This document shows, one piece after another, positions 39,004-49,346 of a stretch of DNA of 64,000 bases. Numbering within the stretch: the first letter of the stretch is position 1; each line of letters begins with the position of its first letter. The notes beneath the pieces were generated by a model. It made no database searches and had not been told where the DNA came from. It worked only from the letters and a program-made list of their open reading frames with translations. Both the position numbers and the translations under genes were made by a program. Origin of the DNA: a virus; the IMG/VR virus record IMGVR_UViG_3300023108_000014, positions 15,603-79,602 of that record; one strand, written 5' to 3'.

Positions 39004-39991
39004 CGAAATTTATGTTAATCAAGTAGGTGACAATATTGATCTCACCATTACACAGGATGGAGAAAATAACAAGATTGGTGATTTGAATAATCTATCAAAC
39101 AAAGGTTTGCTAGGAAGTCTTGGTCCTTCTACATTTTCTTATACACAAACAGGTAACAACAATACGCTTGGATTTTACAATGCTGATATAGGAGATAGTA
39201 GTAGCACTCTAACACAGACTGGCGATAATAATGATGCTGTAATAGATTGTCAAGGCGAAGACTGCACAATGACCGTTACACAACTAGGTGATGGCAATGA
39301 TGCTCACGCTGAAACTGGCAGTAGTTACAATGATGTTGGCAATACAATTACTGTATATCAAAAAGGTGATTACAACGAATCTTATGCAGAAGCCGACGGA
39401 ATCAGTAATGACGTAGACAGTTATCAAGAATCAGACAATAACTTTAGCCGTGTTGTAGTAACAGGCGATTACAATGCTGTCAATGCTTGGCAAGGCAAAC
39501 ACGATGATAACACTGTAGACGGTGACGAAATTGGTGATCACGAAGTATACTGGACTGTCACAGGCGATAATAATATGCTAGACAGTTATCAAACAGACAC
39601 CAACAGAGGTGGTGGAGGTGGCGCTGGACATCACATAGCAAATGTTGTAAATGGTGACAATAATGGTGTAACGCATACACAAATGGGCAAAGCAGGACAC
39701 GATGGCTTTATTGAAATACAAGGTGACAACAATGATGTTACACTAGAGCAAAGAGGCAATGGTGGTCAACAATGGGCAGACATAGTGCTTACAGGTGATG
39801 ATCATAGTGTTGATGCTAGTCAACGTGGAACTATGGCACATTCATTTGAAGTTGATCTTACAAACAGCGGCGGTGCTTATTCAGTGATCAGCAATCAAAC
39901 AACTAACAATACAGCCACAAGCAAGACCTACAGCCTTACAGGTATTTGCACCAATGCCAACGGTTGTTCAGTAACAGTTTCACAAAATTAA
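38936..39991 (+). CDS. Curlin-like repeat protein 2
   Basis: Signal peptide; >10 QxGxxN repeats (TQDGENN, TQTGNNN, TQTGDNN, TQLGDGN, YQKGDYN, IQGDNN). Confidence 0.8.
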   Translation: MRTITVLALAVLIASLSSKATSNEIYVNQVGDNIDLTITQDGENNKIGDLNNLSNKGLLGSLGPSTFSYTQTGNNNTLGFYNADIGDSSSTLTQTGDNNDAVIDCQGEDCTMTVTQLGDGNDAHAETGSSYNDVGNTITVYQKGDYNESYAEADGISNDVDSYQESDNNFSRVVVTGDYNAVNAWQGKHDDNTVDGDEIGDHEVYWTVTGDNNMLDSYQTDTNRGGGGGAGHHIANVVNGDNNGVTHTQMGKAGHDGFIEIQGDNNDVTLEQRGNGGQQWADIVLTGDDHSVDASQRGTMAHSFEVDLTNSGGAYSVISNQTTNNTATSKTYSLTGICTNANGCSVTVSQN

Positions 39992-40176
39992 ACCGTATTA
40001 TTATTTTACAAAATTATCCACTAAATATTACTGTAAAAATATTTACAGAGGGCACTGATTTTGGAAAATGTTCTAGTCTACTTTGCTATAGGCTTTTTTA
40101 CCGCATTTGGGTGGTGGGCAGCCGACAAAGTGACAAACAATATCGACTCTCAGTATGAACAAAGAGAGAAAGATTG

Positions 40177-40530
40177 ATGGAACAGTTTGTATGGGCACTA
40201 GCACTTAGCACTCATTTTGGAATGGAAGGGGATTACAATAGTGTACATCCTCACGTTAGATTTCTAGAGGATGGAGCGATTGCTGGTGCCTATTATAACA
40301 GCGTGGAAAGGTTAAGTTTTTATACAGGTTATAGATTAGAGATTGATAACTTTGGTATAGAACTTGCTGGGGTCACGGGTTATCCGGCATTTGGGGATAT
40401 TGCCCCATACGTAAGAGGAACATATGATTTCACGGACAATGTAAGATTATTTGCCGCACCGTCATATGAAGACAAAGGAGACGAACTAGGAGTTGGCATA
40501 GTTGCTGGCGTCGAGTTTGTGTTTAGATAA
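40177..40530 (+). CDS. Small outer-membrane beta-barrel-like protein
   Basis: Aromatic/Gly alternating strands; C-terminal VEFVFR. Confidence 0.55.
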   Translation: MEQFVWALALSTHFGMEGDYNSVHPHVRFLEDGAIAGAYYNSVERLSFYTGYRLEIDNFGIELAGVTGYPAFGDIAPYVRGTYDFTDNVRLFAAPSYEDKGDELGVGIVAGVEFVFR

Positions 40531-40540
40531 GGAATACACA

Positions 40541-42454
40541 ATGAAAAAAATAATGATTGCTAGTTTAATGGCAACACTACTTGGAACTACAGCATTGGCA
40601 GACACTTCAAGTATGAACACAGATGTATCAGGTATGGGTTTACTTGAAAATGAATGGGTCAAGGCTGGTGTAAACGGTAACACAGGTACACTAGGGTCAG
40701 GCGGAAGCACAAGTCCTGGTCTATTATTTGATCCAGAAGGTACAGGAACATTCAATTCAAGTTACGACTATCTAACACCAGGATCACCGTTTGACGGGTT
40801 TGCTGTTAAAGTAGATGGCACAAACCATGCGAACAATAACACAGGTAGCGTAGGTGTCACTAAAGACACAGACGGCTTTGTAGATGGTACTGATACGCTA
40901 ACATGGAGTGGCGGTGTTACAGATAAATTTAACATTGACAACACTTACACACTAGAAGCAAACAAACCATTTATTGATATTAACACTCGTATTGAAATGT
41001 TAGTAGATGCTGGCGAAGTAAACTTTGCAAAGTTTATTGATCCAGATAGCCAAGGTATGCCGGGCGACAGTTCAAGTACAGACAATGTGCTAGGTTATGG
41101 AGTTATTCCAGATACTAATGTTGCGTTCAGTGAAGCAACCACAAGCCGTTACGCATTGGGTATCTACACAACAGATACAAATGTAACAGCAGGTGTTGAA
41201 AGTTGGACACAAGAAGCAGACGGTTATGAAGGCACAAACTACACTGATGCTGAAGGCAATCCAGTAAACTTCGGTAACAGTGACGATACTATTGGTATTA
41301 GTTGGACATGGACAGGCGTTACAACCGGCGATATACTAGAAGCAAACTATGCGTACATTTTTGGCCCAAGTGCTTTTGATGCAGCAGAAGATGCTATTAG
41401 TGGCGGCGCAGGTGGCGGTGACACCACAACAACAGACGGTTGGGGAACACTAGAAGATGTTGGTTCAGCAACAGATGCGGCAAGTGGTGCAAGCGATCCA
41501 GTTATTACAACTGAAACAGTGGTCGACACAAGTCGTCCAGTACTTACAGCAAGTATTACAACACATGAATCAAGTGTAGCAGACGGTGTACAAACTATTG
41601 ATAGAGAAAAAACTACAACTACAACTACACCTATGAAAACTGTAACATATACAGACGGTGTTGAAACATCAAGTGCAGTAGCAGATAGTGTTATAACTTC
41701 AGCAGTTACAGATCCAGGTTCATTTACAGGTCGTATGGACACAGGCAAAAAGATTGGTCACGCAGTTGACTTACACAGTTTAGGTTTTGCTGATTATGTA
41801 GCAGGTAGCCGTATTAACAGTGACTTAGGCGATGGATGTAGTGCTGAAAGCCGTGTGCTAGGCATTGGTGGATCAACTACTACAGATGATCTAGTTACAA
41901 TCGAAGGCGGCATAAATAGAATTACTACAAGTGCAGACGCTTGTAGCACAGGAGATATGACAACGCTACATATGGGCATAGGCGCAAGTAAAGCACTAGA
42001 AAAATTCACTGTCCGTGGCACAATAAATCGTGCTAGCCAAGATATTACATATGAAAGACACATTGGAGACTTTACAAACCAAGGTGAATATTCTACAAGT
42101 GATACTTGGGTGAATGTAGAAGTTGAACCAAACACAGGTCAAGTTCGTCCAGTAGTTGGAGTTGTAGCAGGCAAGCGTTCAACAGATGCTTACACTGAAA
42201 CAGGCAGCATACAAAGTGCCATTGCTCACGAAGCAACTGACGAATCATATCGTTATGCTACACTAGGTGTTAACTTTGATTTAGATATCGGAACAGCACA
42301 CATCAGCAGAAGCACAGAAGGCACAACACGCATTGGTATTGGAGTTGATCATCACATCAATGAGAAAGTATCATTTGCAGGTGACTTTAGTAGAAGCATG
42401 TCAGATGATGCATCAACAAATACATTAAGTGTAGGATTTAAAATTAGGTTTTAA
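40541..42454 (+). CDS. Autotransporter-like outer-membrane protein
   Basis: Signal MKKIMIASLMATLLGTTALA; D/T/G-rich passenger; Thr-rich linker; barrel with YTETGS ending GFKIRF. Confidence 0.75.
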   Translation: MKKIMIASLMATLLGTTALADTSSMNTDVSGMGLLENEWVKAGVNGNTGTLGSGGSTSPGLLFDPEGTGTFNSSYDYLTPGSPFDGFAVKVDGTNHANNNTGSVGVTKDTDGFVDGTDTLTWSGGVTDKFNIDNTYTLEANKPFIDINTRIEMLVDAGEVNFAKFIDPDSQGMPGDSSSTDNVLGYGVIPDTNVAFSEATTSRYALGIYTTDTNVTAGVESWTQEADGYEGTNYTDAEGNPVNFGNSDDTIGISWTWTGVTTGDILEANYAYIFGPSAFDAAEDAISGGAGGGDTTTTDGWGTLEDVGSATDAASGASDPVITTETVVDTSRPVLTASITTHESSVADGVQTIDREKTTTTTTPMKTVTYTDGVETSSAVADSVITSAVTDPGSFTGRMDTGKKIGHAVDLHSLGFADYVAGSRINSDLGDGCSAESRVLGIGGSTTTDDLVTIEGGINRITTSADACSTGDMTTLHMGIGASKALEKFTVRGTINRASQDITYERHIGDFTNQGEYSTSDTWVNVEVEPNTGQVRPVVGVVAGKRSTDAYTETGSIQSAIAHEATDESYRYATLGVNFDLDIGTAHISRSTEGTTRIGIGVDHHINEKVSFAGDFSRSMSDDASTNTLSVGFKIRF

Positions 42455-42574
42455 TGTGGAGTCATAGAGATACAACAGCAATGCAATACATATGGGTAGT
42501 AATAATAGTGCTAGCCATATGTGTTCTTGCTTATGTATCAGTTTTTGCCGGATAAATACTTTGAGGGTAAAAAT

Positions 42575-43036
42575 ATGATAGATCCGGTTACAGCGATAGG
42601 TCTCGCCACGACAGCCTACAACGGCATAAAACAAGCCATAAATATGGGCAAAGAAATACAAGATATGGGCTCGCAACTCAGTCAATGGTCAAAAGCAATT
42701 TCAGATTTAGATTATGCACACAGCAAAGCAGAAAAACCGCCATGGTATAAAAAACTTGGCGGAGGCATTGAAGCCAATGCTATGGAAGTTTGGATGCACA
42801 AGAAAAAGGCACAAGAAATGAGAGAAGAACTACGTCAATATATTTCTCTCTATTATGGTCCTAGTGCATGGGATGAAATCATACGTATAGAAGCACAAAT
42901 GCGTAAAGATCAAAAAGAAGCAGTTTATGCTGCACAAGAACGTAAAGAAACAATCATAGCTTGGTTAGTTGGTATACTTGTGTTTGGTATTGGAGTTGCT
43001 ACAATGGTTTGGATAATATGGCTGATGACAATTTAA
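42575..43036 (+). CDS. Hypothetical protein with C-terminal TM
   Basis: MIDPVTAIGLA start after GAGG; hydrophobic C-terminus. Confidence 0.7.
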   Translation: MIDPVTAIGLATTAYNGIKQAINMGKEIQDMGSQLSQWSKAISDLDYAHSKAEKPPWYKKLGGGIEANAMEVWMHKKKAQEMREELRQYISLYYGPSAWDEIIRIEAQMRKDQKEAVYAAQERKETIIAWLVGILVFGIGVATMVWIIWLMTI

Positions 43037-43203
43037 AAGACTTAGGTCCTTTCGCTAGAGTTATGAGAATGCCTCAATTAATGTTTGTGCCACATGATAG
43101 GAATCTAGCTGCTGAAATGAGAAGATTCCGTATTGCTTCTAAACAATCAAGAGACGAACAAAAGCGTAAGAATTTTGAAAAATTAAATCCCCCAGAGAAA
43201 TAA
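43018..43203 (+). CDS. Hypothetical protein
   Basis: Short coupled ORF (MADDNLK...); start uncertain. Confidence 0.4.
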   Translation: MADDNLKDLGPFARVMRMPQLMFVPHDRNLAAEMRRFRIASKQSRDEQKRKNFEKLNPPEK

Positions 43204-43210
43204 ATACCGT

Positions 43211-43420
43211 ATGAGGGACGAACTCGACATTCTTGAAGACAGAATCAATGATATTAAACGCCGTATTTCTGAAATAAAAAAACGGAATGGTTGGGAATAT
43301 AATACTAAACCTGTAATAAAAGATTCAATAGATGTTGAAGGAAAAGCAAAAGTTATTAAATCTAATAACAGTGCAGAAATGGATGCCTTAAAAGCAAAAC
43401 TGATGGGAAAGAAAAAATGA
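43211..43420 (+). CDS. Hypothetical coiled-coil protein
   Basis: TAAATA-N4-ATG. Confidence 0.6.
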   Translation: MRDELDILEDRINDIKRRISEIKKRNGWEYNTKPVIKDSIDVEGKAKVIKSNNSAEMDALKAKLMGKKK

Positions 43421-43747
43421 AATTTGAAAGAGGGGTTGTGATTGCAGAGAGGTTGCCTGCAAACACAGAAATGATTGGAGAAGAAATGCCATTACTTACA
43501 GATGCAAGCAATAAACATATTAAAGATTTTCTTGATAAAAATGGCGAACATCTAAAATCAGCATTATTGGAGAAAGTTTTATGTGGGCATTAGTTTGGTT
43601 AGCATTATCTAGCACTCAACACATGGAAACATATCATCTCGGAAATTATAAAGAAAAAGAAACTTGTGTACAAGAAATGAGTAAAGCAAGTGTTCTTGTA
43701 ACAGACAGAAATCAAACTGTCGATTGTATATGGATAGATTTAGATAA

Positions 43748-45793
43748 ATGAAACGTTTAATATTTTCACCTTTATGGAGTATACTAGTCTTAGGTATTCT
43801 AAGTTATGTATTTTATATAAATCCTAATTTTGTAGAAAGTCTAAGACTAAGATATTTTGACCAACTTATAATAAATCAACAACCAGTTGAAAACAACATC
43901 TACACAGTAGACATAGATGAAGCAACTATAAATGCATACGGACAATGGCCATTTCCAAGAGGTGACTATGCAGAACTTATAAACGACTTGTACAATCGTG
44001 GTGCAGGTTTAGTTGTTTTCAATGTGCTTATGAGTGAGCCAGATCGTTCAGGCGAAGATCAAATACTAGCAGAAACAATGCAGCAACTTCCTGTTATTGT
44101 TACTATGTTAGGTGCGGAGGAGAATAAAAATGAACCAATTAATCCTGGTGCTACTATCGTTAACAGTGATTACATTTATACTATTCCTAGTGTTCCAGGA
44201 ATCATTGCCAATATCAACGATATCGAAAATTCAGCAGTTGGATCAGGCATTACAAACAGTTGGCCAGAAATAGATGGTGTAACAAGACGTATTCCGTTAG
44301 TAGTAGAAAGCGGAGGCACATTGTATCCAAATGTTACAATGGAAGTTCTGCGTGTATTAGCAGGCGATCCTTCATTCCAAATCAAACTATCTCCTATGGG
44401 TGTAGACAAATTGCGCATACCACAGTTTGGTATTATACAAACAAGCCCTACAGGAGAAGTATGGATAGACTGGAGTCAACGTAGCAAACGTTACAGCGCA
44501 GTAGACTTACCAGATGATTTTGCTGGCGGTATAGTATTTGTAGGACCAACAGCAGCAGGTGTAACACAGCCACTGGCAACAGCAGCAGGCAGTGTATTCC
44601 CGCATCAAATACAAGCAGCGATGCTTGGAACAGTTTTTAATGAATCAAATATAAGCAGACATCCTGACGCAAAACAATGGGCTGAACTCGCAGCATTGAT
44701 AGGTGCAGGTATTCTGTTAATCGCACTCGCCCGATGGACATATGTAGGTATAGCCTTTTTTATTATGTCAGTAGGCGGCTTTATTGGAGTAAGTATCTAT
44801 GTATTCAATACACAAAACATTCTTATTGATGGCGCTACTATCAGTGCTTTCCTCTTGCTCGTGGGTCTCAAACGATACGTGCTTAAATTCCTCGACGAGT
44901 TCCTGCAAAAGCAAGCCATTAAAAAACAATTCGAAGGATACGCCAGCCCAGCAGTGGTACGAATACTACAGGAATCTCCAGAACTTGTTAAGCAGGGCAT
45001 AAAGAAAGATGTGAGTATTGTATTTTCAGACTTGCGTGGCTTTACACCACTAGGTGAAAGTTTTGGCGACGATGTGCAAGGACTTACAAGAATAATGAAT
45101 GGCTATATGGATGCCATTACAGAACCTGTGCTAGACGCAGACGGAATGATTATAAAGTATATCGGCGATGCTAGTATGCACATACACAATGCGCCTATTG
45201 ATGATCCGCATCATCCTAAGACAGCAGTACAGTGTGGCTTAGACATGCTTAAAGCAGTGGAGAAGTTTAATGAAGAAGTTATTATACCTGATGGCCGTCC
45301 TCCTGTTGGTATGGGCGCTGGCATCAACACAGGGTTGGGGTACCTTGGTGAGATGGGAAGTACTAAACGTCATTCATATGATGTCCTTGGAGACGCTGTC
45401 AGCACCGCAGCAAGAGTAGAAAGCAAGTGTAAAGAATACGGATGCTTGTTACTAGTAGGCGAAGCAACCTATGAAGAAACAAAAACAGATTTCTTCTACC
45501 TCAAAGTAGACGACTTGCAAGTCAAAGGCAAAAGTGTAGGACTTAAAATTTATACAGTGTTAGATGATACTGCTCCTGCTTGGCGCACAGCACAGAAGAA
45601 ACACGAACAAATGCACGAAGATTATCGTGCGCAAAGATTTGATGATGCTATAGACAAATGTCGTTTGTTATATACACACTTTGATCACAAGATGGAAGGC
45701 TACTACGATATGTGGATTGAACGTTGTGAGTATATGAAAACACAAGATTTACCAGAGGATTGGAACGGAGTTTTCGTCGCTACTTCGAAGTAG
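43748..45793 (+). CDS. CHASE2-domain class III adenylate/guanylate cyclase
   Basis: CHASE2 (VDIDE...GQWPFPR, DGVTRRIPL), 3 TM helices, FSDLRGFT, KYIGDA, GAGINTG, YDVLGDAVSTAARVE, VKGK; K and D specificity residues favour ATP. Confidence 0.92.
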   Translation: MKRLIFSPLWSILVLGILSYVFYINPNFVESLRLRYFDQLIINQQPVENNIYTVDIDEATINAYGQWPFPRGDYAELINDLYNRGAGLVVFNVLMSEPDRSGEDQILAETMQQLPVIVTMLGAEENKNEPINPGATIVNSDYIYTIPSVPGIIANINDIENSAVGSGITNSWPEIDGVTRRIPLVVESGGTLYPNVTMEVLRVLAGDPSFQIKLSPMGVDKLRIPQFGIIQTSPTGEVWIDWSQRSKRYSAVDLPDDFAGGIVFVGPTAAGVTQPLATAAGSVFPHQIQAAMLGTVFNESNISRHPDAKQWAELAALIGAGILLIALARWTYVGIAFFIMSVGGFIGVSIYVFNTQNILIDGATISAFLLLVGLKRYVLKFLDEFLQKQAIKKQFEGYASPAVVRILQESPELVKQGIKKDVSIVFSDLRGFTPLGESFGDDVQGLTRIMNGYMDAITEPVLDADGMIIKYIGDASMHIHNAPIDDPHHPKTAVQCGLDMLKAVEKFNEEVIIPDGRPPVGMGAGINTGLGYLGEMGSTKRHSYDVLGDAVSTAARVESKCKEYGCLLLVGEATYEETKTDFFYLKVDDLQVKGKSVGLKIYTVLDDTAPAWRTAQKKHEQMHEDYRAQRFDDAIDKCRLLYTHFDHKMEGYYDMWIERCEYMKTQDLPEDWNGVFVATSK

Positions 45794-46115
45794 TATCTTT
45801 TTTCTTACCTGAACTATTAAACGATTCTTTACTGCTTTTGTACTCGTCTACTAATCTTTGTAATTCGTCTTGTCTTTGAGGATTAAGTTTTGCTCTGTAT
45901 TCTAAAACCATAGATAGTTTTTGATTGAGACGTATCATATCATTGTCTAACATGCGAATACGATCAACTAGTTTGATAAGTGTACCCATTGTTTCACCTA
46001 TTACAGGATCGATAGTTTCAGTAACCCATTTCCAAATGTAGAATATAAAATATCCTAGCCCCATTGCAGCAACAATAGGAAACCCATACTCGCTAACTAT
46101 CTGTGCTATGTCCAT
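45780..46115 (-). CDS. YvrJ-like small membrane/coiled-coil protein
   Basis: IVSEYGFPI followed by TM and heptads; paralog of 46332. Confidence 0.65.
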   Translation of the reverse strand: MDIAQIVSEYGFPIVAAMGLGYFIFYIWKWVTETIDPVIGETMGTLIKLVDRIRMLDNDMIRLNQKLSMVLEYRAKLNPQRQDELQRLVDEYKSSKESFNSSGKKKDTTSK

Positions 46116-46329
46116 TTATTTTGTCCTCGTACTTCATTAACAGTGCGTTTACTTGATCAGTTTTCTTCAACCATCCATTTTCGTCAACAATAAAAACATC
46201 TCCTGGTCTATAAAGGAAATGTTCTTTTTTTCTACCGTCTTGTAAAAGGCCCATAACTTCACCAGGCCAATCACCTTTTACTCTAAAGTGTGGACCTGCT
46301 TGTTCTATAATGTAATCTACCCACATCAT
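46093..46329 (-). CDS. Hypothetical protein
   Basis: ORF coupled between the two GFPI paralogs. Confidence 0.6.
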   Translation of the reverse strand: MMWVDYIIEQAGPHFRVKGDWPGEVMGLLQDGRKKEHFLYRPGDVFIVDENGWLKKTDQVNALLMKYEDKINGHSTDS

Positions 46330-46331
46330 TT

Positions 46332-46610
46332 TTAGTCTCTCCTTGCATCTTCTTTGCCCTCGTTTGCTGCGATCCTATCTGTATTAGGCCGCACGTTTAA
46401 GGTATAACTTAGCAATGCATCAATTTTGACTAAATCATTATTCATAGTTTGGACTCTATTGTCTAGTTGTCCTATTATGTTTTTTAATGTTGTAACACTT
46501 CCTGTAACACCTGCTAGAATAAATTTAAGTGTTAAGAATACAAACGATCCTGCCGCTATTGCCCCTGCGATAGGAAAGCCTACGTCTGATACAAGTTGTA
46601 AAAAATCCAT
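46332..46610 (-). CDS. YvrJ-like small membrane/coiled-coil protein
   Basis: LVSDVGFPI, TM, LDNRVQTMNNDL. Confidence 0.65.
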   Translation of the reverse strand: MDFLQLVSDVGFPIAGAIAAGSFVFLTLKFILAGVTGSVTTLKNIIGQLDNRVQTMNNDLVKIDALLSYTLNVRPNTDRIAANEGKEDARRD

Positions 46611-46642
46611 ACAAACGCCCTCACGCTCTGTTATGTATGTAT

Positions 46643-47209
46643 TTATTCTTTTACTGTTATATTATGCACTGTAGGTTTAGTTTCTATAATAAAATTACCT
46701 TGAGGTCCTTCTATTTCATTGTATGCAAGATTTGGATTAGGCTTTCCAATTCCAACACCCAGGCTAACTTCGCCACCAAGTTTTTTACTAAAATCTTTAC
46801 CAAAACATGCACAGTATCCAGTAGCATATCCTAATTGATTTGCTATTGTTTTTACAGCACCGGCTGCAAATCCTATTGCCATTTCAACTGCACCGTGATC
46901 CCACCTTCTATTATAATTTGCAATAAACAAAATTAACAAAGGAGCGCCAATTTGAGCGTTTCTATAAGTCTGTTTGTATCTAAATAAATCAGTCCAATTA
47001 CGTGTATCTTCGTCCATTGAGAATCTTTCAGCAAGTGGAATCATACTTTTGTTCCATGCTTGATCTTGCGAAACGAAAATTCTAAAATAGTCAAGGCTTT
47101 GTTTAGTAGGAGTCTTTTCCAGTGTAGAAATAATTTTTTCATAATCATCTTCTGCAACAGGCTCATCTAACCAGTTTCTTTGACAGCGAGAAAAAATATC
47201 ATAATCCAT
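46643..47209 (-). CDS. Nitroreductase-fold protein
   Basis: RCQRNW, PTKQS, NAQIGAP, GYATGYC, VGIGKP. Confidence 0.7.
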   Translation of the reverse strand: MDYDIFSRCQRNWLDEPVAEDDYEKIISTLEKTPTKQSLDYFRIFVSQDQAWNKSMIPLAERFSMDEDTRNWTDLFRYKQTYRNAQIGAPLLILFIANYNRRWDHGAVEMAIGFAAGAVKTIANQLGYATGYCACFGKDFSKKLGGEVSLGVGIGKPNPNLAYNEIEGPQGNFIIETKPTVHNITVKE

Positions 47210-47221
47210 AAAAATATTTAG

Positions 47222-47250
47222 TTGACAAACTTTTTAAAAGGTAGTATAAT
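47222..47250 (+). promoter_or_regulatory. Sigma70 consensus promoter
   Basis: TTGACA-N17-TATAAT. Confidence 0.85.
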
Positions 47251-47272
47251 GAAGTCAGAATGGAGTGTAAGA

Positions 47273-47956
47273 ATGGCTACGACCTTTGAGAAACAGGAAC
47301 TAGTTGAAGATATTAAATATCCAACACGTTATTATCGTGTGTCTATTAGAGGATATGGCGGTGAATTTGTATTTGATAATTTAGATCCACTAGTATATGA
47401 ATATTGGAAAGCAGTTCCTAATGATTTAATGATTGATTATCTAATAGATCCTGAAGAATATAGACTAAAACATAAAGTACCTACGGATATGGATTTTCTA
47501 AATGACGACGATTATGATATCGGTTGGCATGATATGGATGCTTTAGGACACTATAACGGCGCAGGTTATTCTAGTGCATACATTATGATTGAACAAGTTG
47601 AAAATGAAGAATATGCAGCAGATGTTATTAAAGAAATTTGCGATAAAAGTGTTAGCGATCTTTCAGATTGCGAAGAATACTGGGGAGATTTTGGTTATGA
47701 TGATCAAGGCGAAAAGAATCCTAACTTAGATTTTCCAACAATTGAAATTGCAAGTATTGAAAAAGGTGAATTCTTTTCAGGTTTAATTACAACTAATCAT
47801 AGTTTAGACTTATCTAAGTTAGAAATTTGGGTTACAGAAATGCCCAGTGGTGATGAGATTATCGATATGATCAGATATGATGGTGAAATAATTGACAACG
47901 ACGGTGGCGATGTAAACGGCAAGTCTTTTATGGTAAACCTATATGAAAAGTTATAA
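47273..47956 (+). CDS. Acidic hypothetical protein
   Basis: Start moved to ATG 47273 after GGAG. Confidence 0.7.
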   Translation: MATTFEKQELVEDIKYPTRYYRVSIRGYGGEFVFDNLDPLVYEYWKAVPNDLMIDYLIDPEEYRLKHKVPTDMDFLNDDDYDIGWHDMDALGHYNGAGYSSAYIMIEQVENEEYAADVIKEICDKSVSDLSDCEEYWGDFGYDDQGEKNPNLDFPTIEIASIEKGEFFSGLITTNHSLDLSKLEIWVTEMPSGDEIIDMIRYDGEIIDNDGGDVNGKSFMVNLYEKL

Positions 47957-47963
47957 ATAACAC

Positions 47964-48137
47964 ATGCTTGAATATAAAGTAGAAGATATTTTCGAAGATG
48001 ATCCGGATAATCCAGATAATGTTCTTATGAAGATTCCACCTGAAATTATGTATCAGATTGGTGTTAAAGAAGGCGATACTGTAAAAATTGTGCAAGAAAA
48101 CGGCGGCTTAGTCATTACAAAGGTAGAGAATGGCTAA
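47964..48137 (+). CDS. AbrB/MazE/SpoVT-like small DNA-binding protein, 57 aa, not in ORF track
   Basis: [34 protein letters not shown]. Confidence 0.7.
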   Translation: MLEYKVEDIFEDDPDNPDNVLMKIPPEIMYQIGVKEGDTVKIVQENGGLVITKVENG

Positions 48138-48345
48138 AGAAGGAATTCTAGAATTCGAAGGTGCTATTGTTGACGTTCTGCCTAATCAAATGTTCAAAGT
48201 AAAATTAGATAATGATCATATGGTTACCTGTTATACAGGTGGCAAGATGCGACAATTTAGAATACGTTTAGTACAAGGCGACAGAGTTAAAGTTGAAATG
48301 ACACCATATGATTTAGATAAAGGCAGAATTGTTTATAGATTTTAG
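48130..48345 (+). CDS. infA: Translation initiation factor IF-1
   Basis: MAKE..LEFEG...[13 protein letters not shown]...GKMR...[24 protein letters not shown]. Confidence 0.97.
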   Translation: MAKEGILEFEGAIVDVLPNQMFKVKLDNDHMVTCYTGGKMRQFRIRLVQGDRVKVEMTPYDLDKGRIVYRF

Positions 48346-48374
48346 TTGACAGGTGGTATTAGTTATGCTATATT
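48346..48374 (+). promoter_or_regulatory. Sigma70-type promoter
   Basis: TTGACA-N17-TATATT with TG. Confidence 0.7.
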
Positions 48375-48405
48375 GTATTTGTAATTAGGCAATACAGAGG
48401 CACAA

Positions 48406-49095
48406 ATGACAGTTCTATCACTAAGAGTTGTAAACACACAAGAGGCTCTTGCAGTTGCACATGCTGCATATCGTATTAATGAAGGTTATGTAAAAGACAC
48501 TCGGCGTTACAGTGAAGGTAAAGCAACTACTTTTTCTAACAAAGAACTTGTACGTTTCTTTTTTGAACAAAACGCAGATTACTTACCTCATGATTACATG
48601 CCGTTTAAACTTGAAGCACAAGACTTTGAAGCAGTTGCTGAATCACAAAAATGGCTAAAGCGTTATATTATGCTAGGTCTTGGAGACTTAGACTCATTTA
48701 AACGTGACATGATCGATGCTGTAATGAAAGATGATGTACCAGTCAACAACCTAGGTAGAATTGCTTTTATTCCTGAGTTTGTTAAGCGTGATAAACACGA
48801 AAGCAGTCTCAAGAAAGAAATCAGGGTGGAGTATAGAGATAGTCAATATCTTGGCAATAAAAAAGATGAAGTTGAAGGTGTAGTCAAAATTCTTGATAAA
48901 CGTTACAGTCCGCAATGGGAAAGTTATAACTATGTGGCAGTAATGGATGGCAACTTGCTATCATTTATGAACAAGTTTGATCACGCTGTAGGCGACATGA
49001 AACGTATAAAAGGCAAGGTAAAATCTCAAACTACAAATCGTTTGTTTGGTGCAAACGAAACTAGACTAAACTATGTGAAACTATATAAGGTATAA
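48406..49095 (+). CDS. Conserved hypothetical phage protein (C-terminal OB-fold-like)
   Basis: Ends IKGKVK...ETRLNYVK. Confidence 0.65.
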   Translation: MTVLSLRVVNTQEALAVAHAAYRINEGYVKDTRRYSEGKATTFSNKELVRFFFEQNADYLPHDYMPFKLEAQDFEAVAESQKWLKRYIMLGLGDLDSFKRDMIDAVMKDDVPVNNLGRIAFIPEFVKRDKHESSLKKEIRVEYRDSQYLGNKKDEVEGVVKILDKRYSPQWESYNYVAVMDGNLLSFMNKFDHAVGDMKRIKGKVKSQTTNRLFGANETRLNYVKLYKV

Positions 49096-49099
49096 GAAC

Positions 49100-49342
49100 A
49101 TGAAAAATCGAGTAATTAAAAAATTCTTACAAAAATTATGGCCTCCAGCGGCTATAATGGTATATGTAGTAACAGTCATGGAAATTGCAGGCTTGTTTAC
49201 TAATCCAATGCAAAGTATTGCTTTTGTAGGTATAATGATTTTCCTACCTATTTTGGTTTACATTCTCAGAGAAACTTGGATGCAAGCCAAACGTGAAGTA
49301 GATTACGAAAATGAAATGATGTTAAATACACTAAAGGATTAA
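49100..49342 (+). CDS. Small membrane protein
   Basis: Two hydrophobic helices. Confidence 0.6.
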   Translation: MKNRVIKKFLQKLWPPAAIMVYVVTVMEIAGLFTNPMQSIAFVGIMIFLPILVYILRETWMQAKREVDYENEMMLNTLKD

Positions 49343-49346
49343 CAAC

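Noticed and set aside
47964-48345. AbrB/MazE-like gene as the antitoxin of a TA pair
   Set aside because: The downstream gene is IF-1 and no toxin is adjacent.
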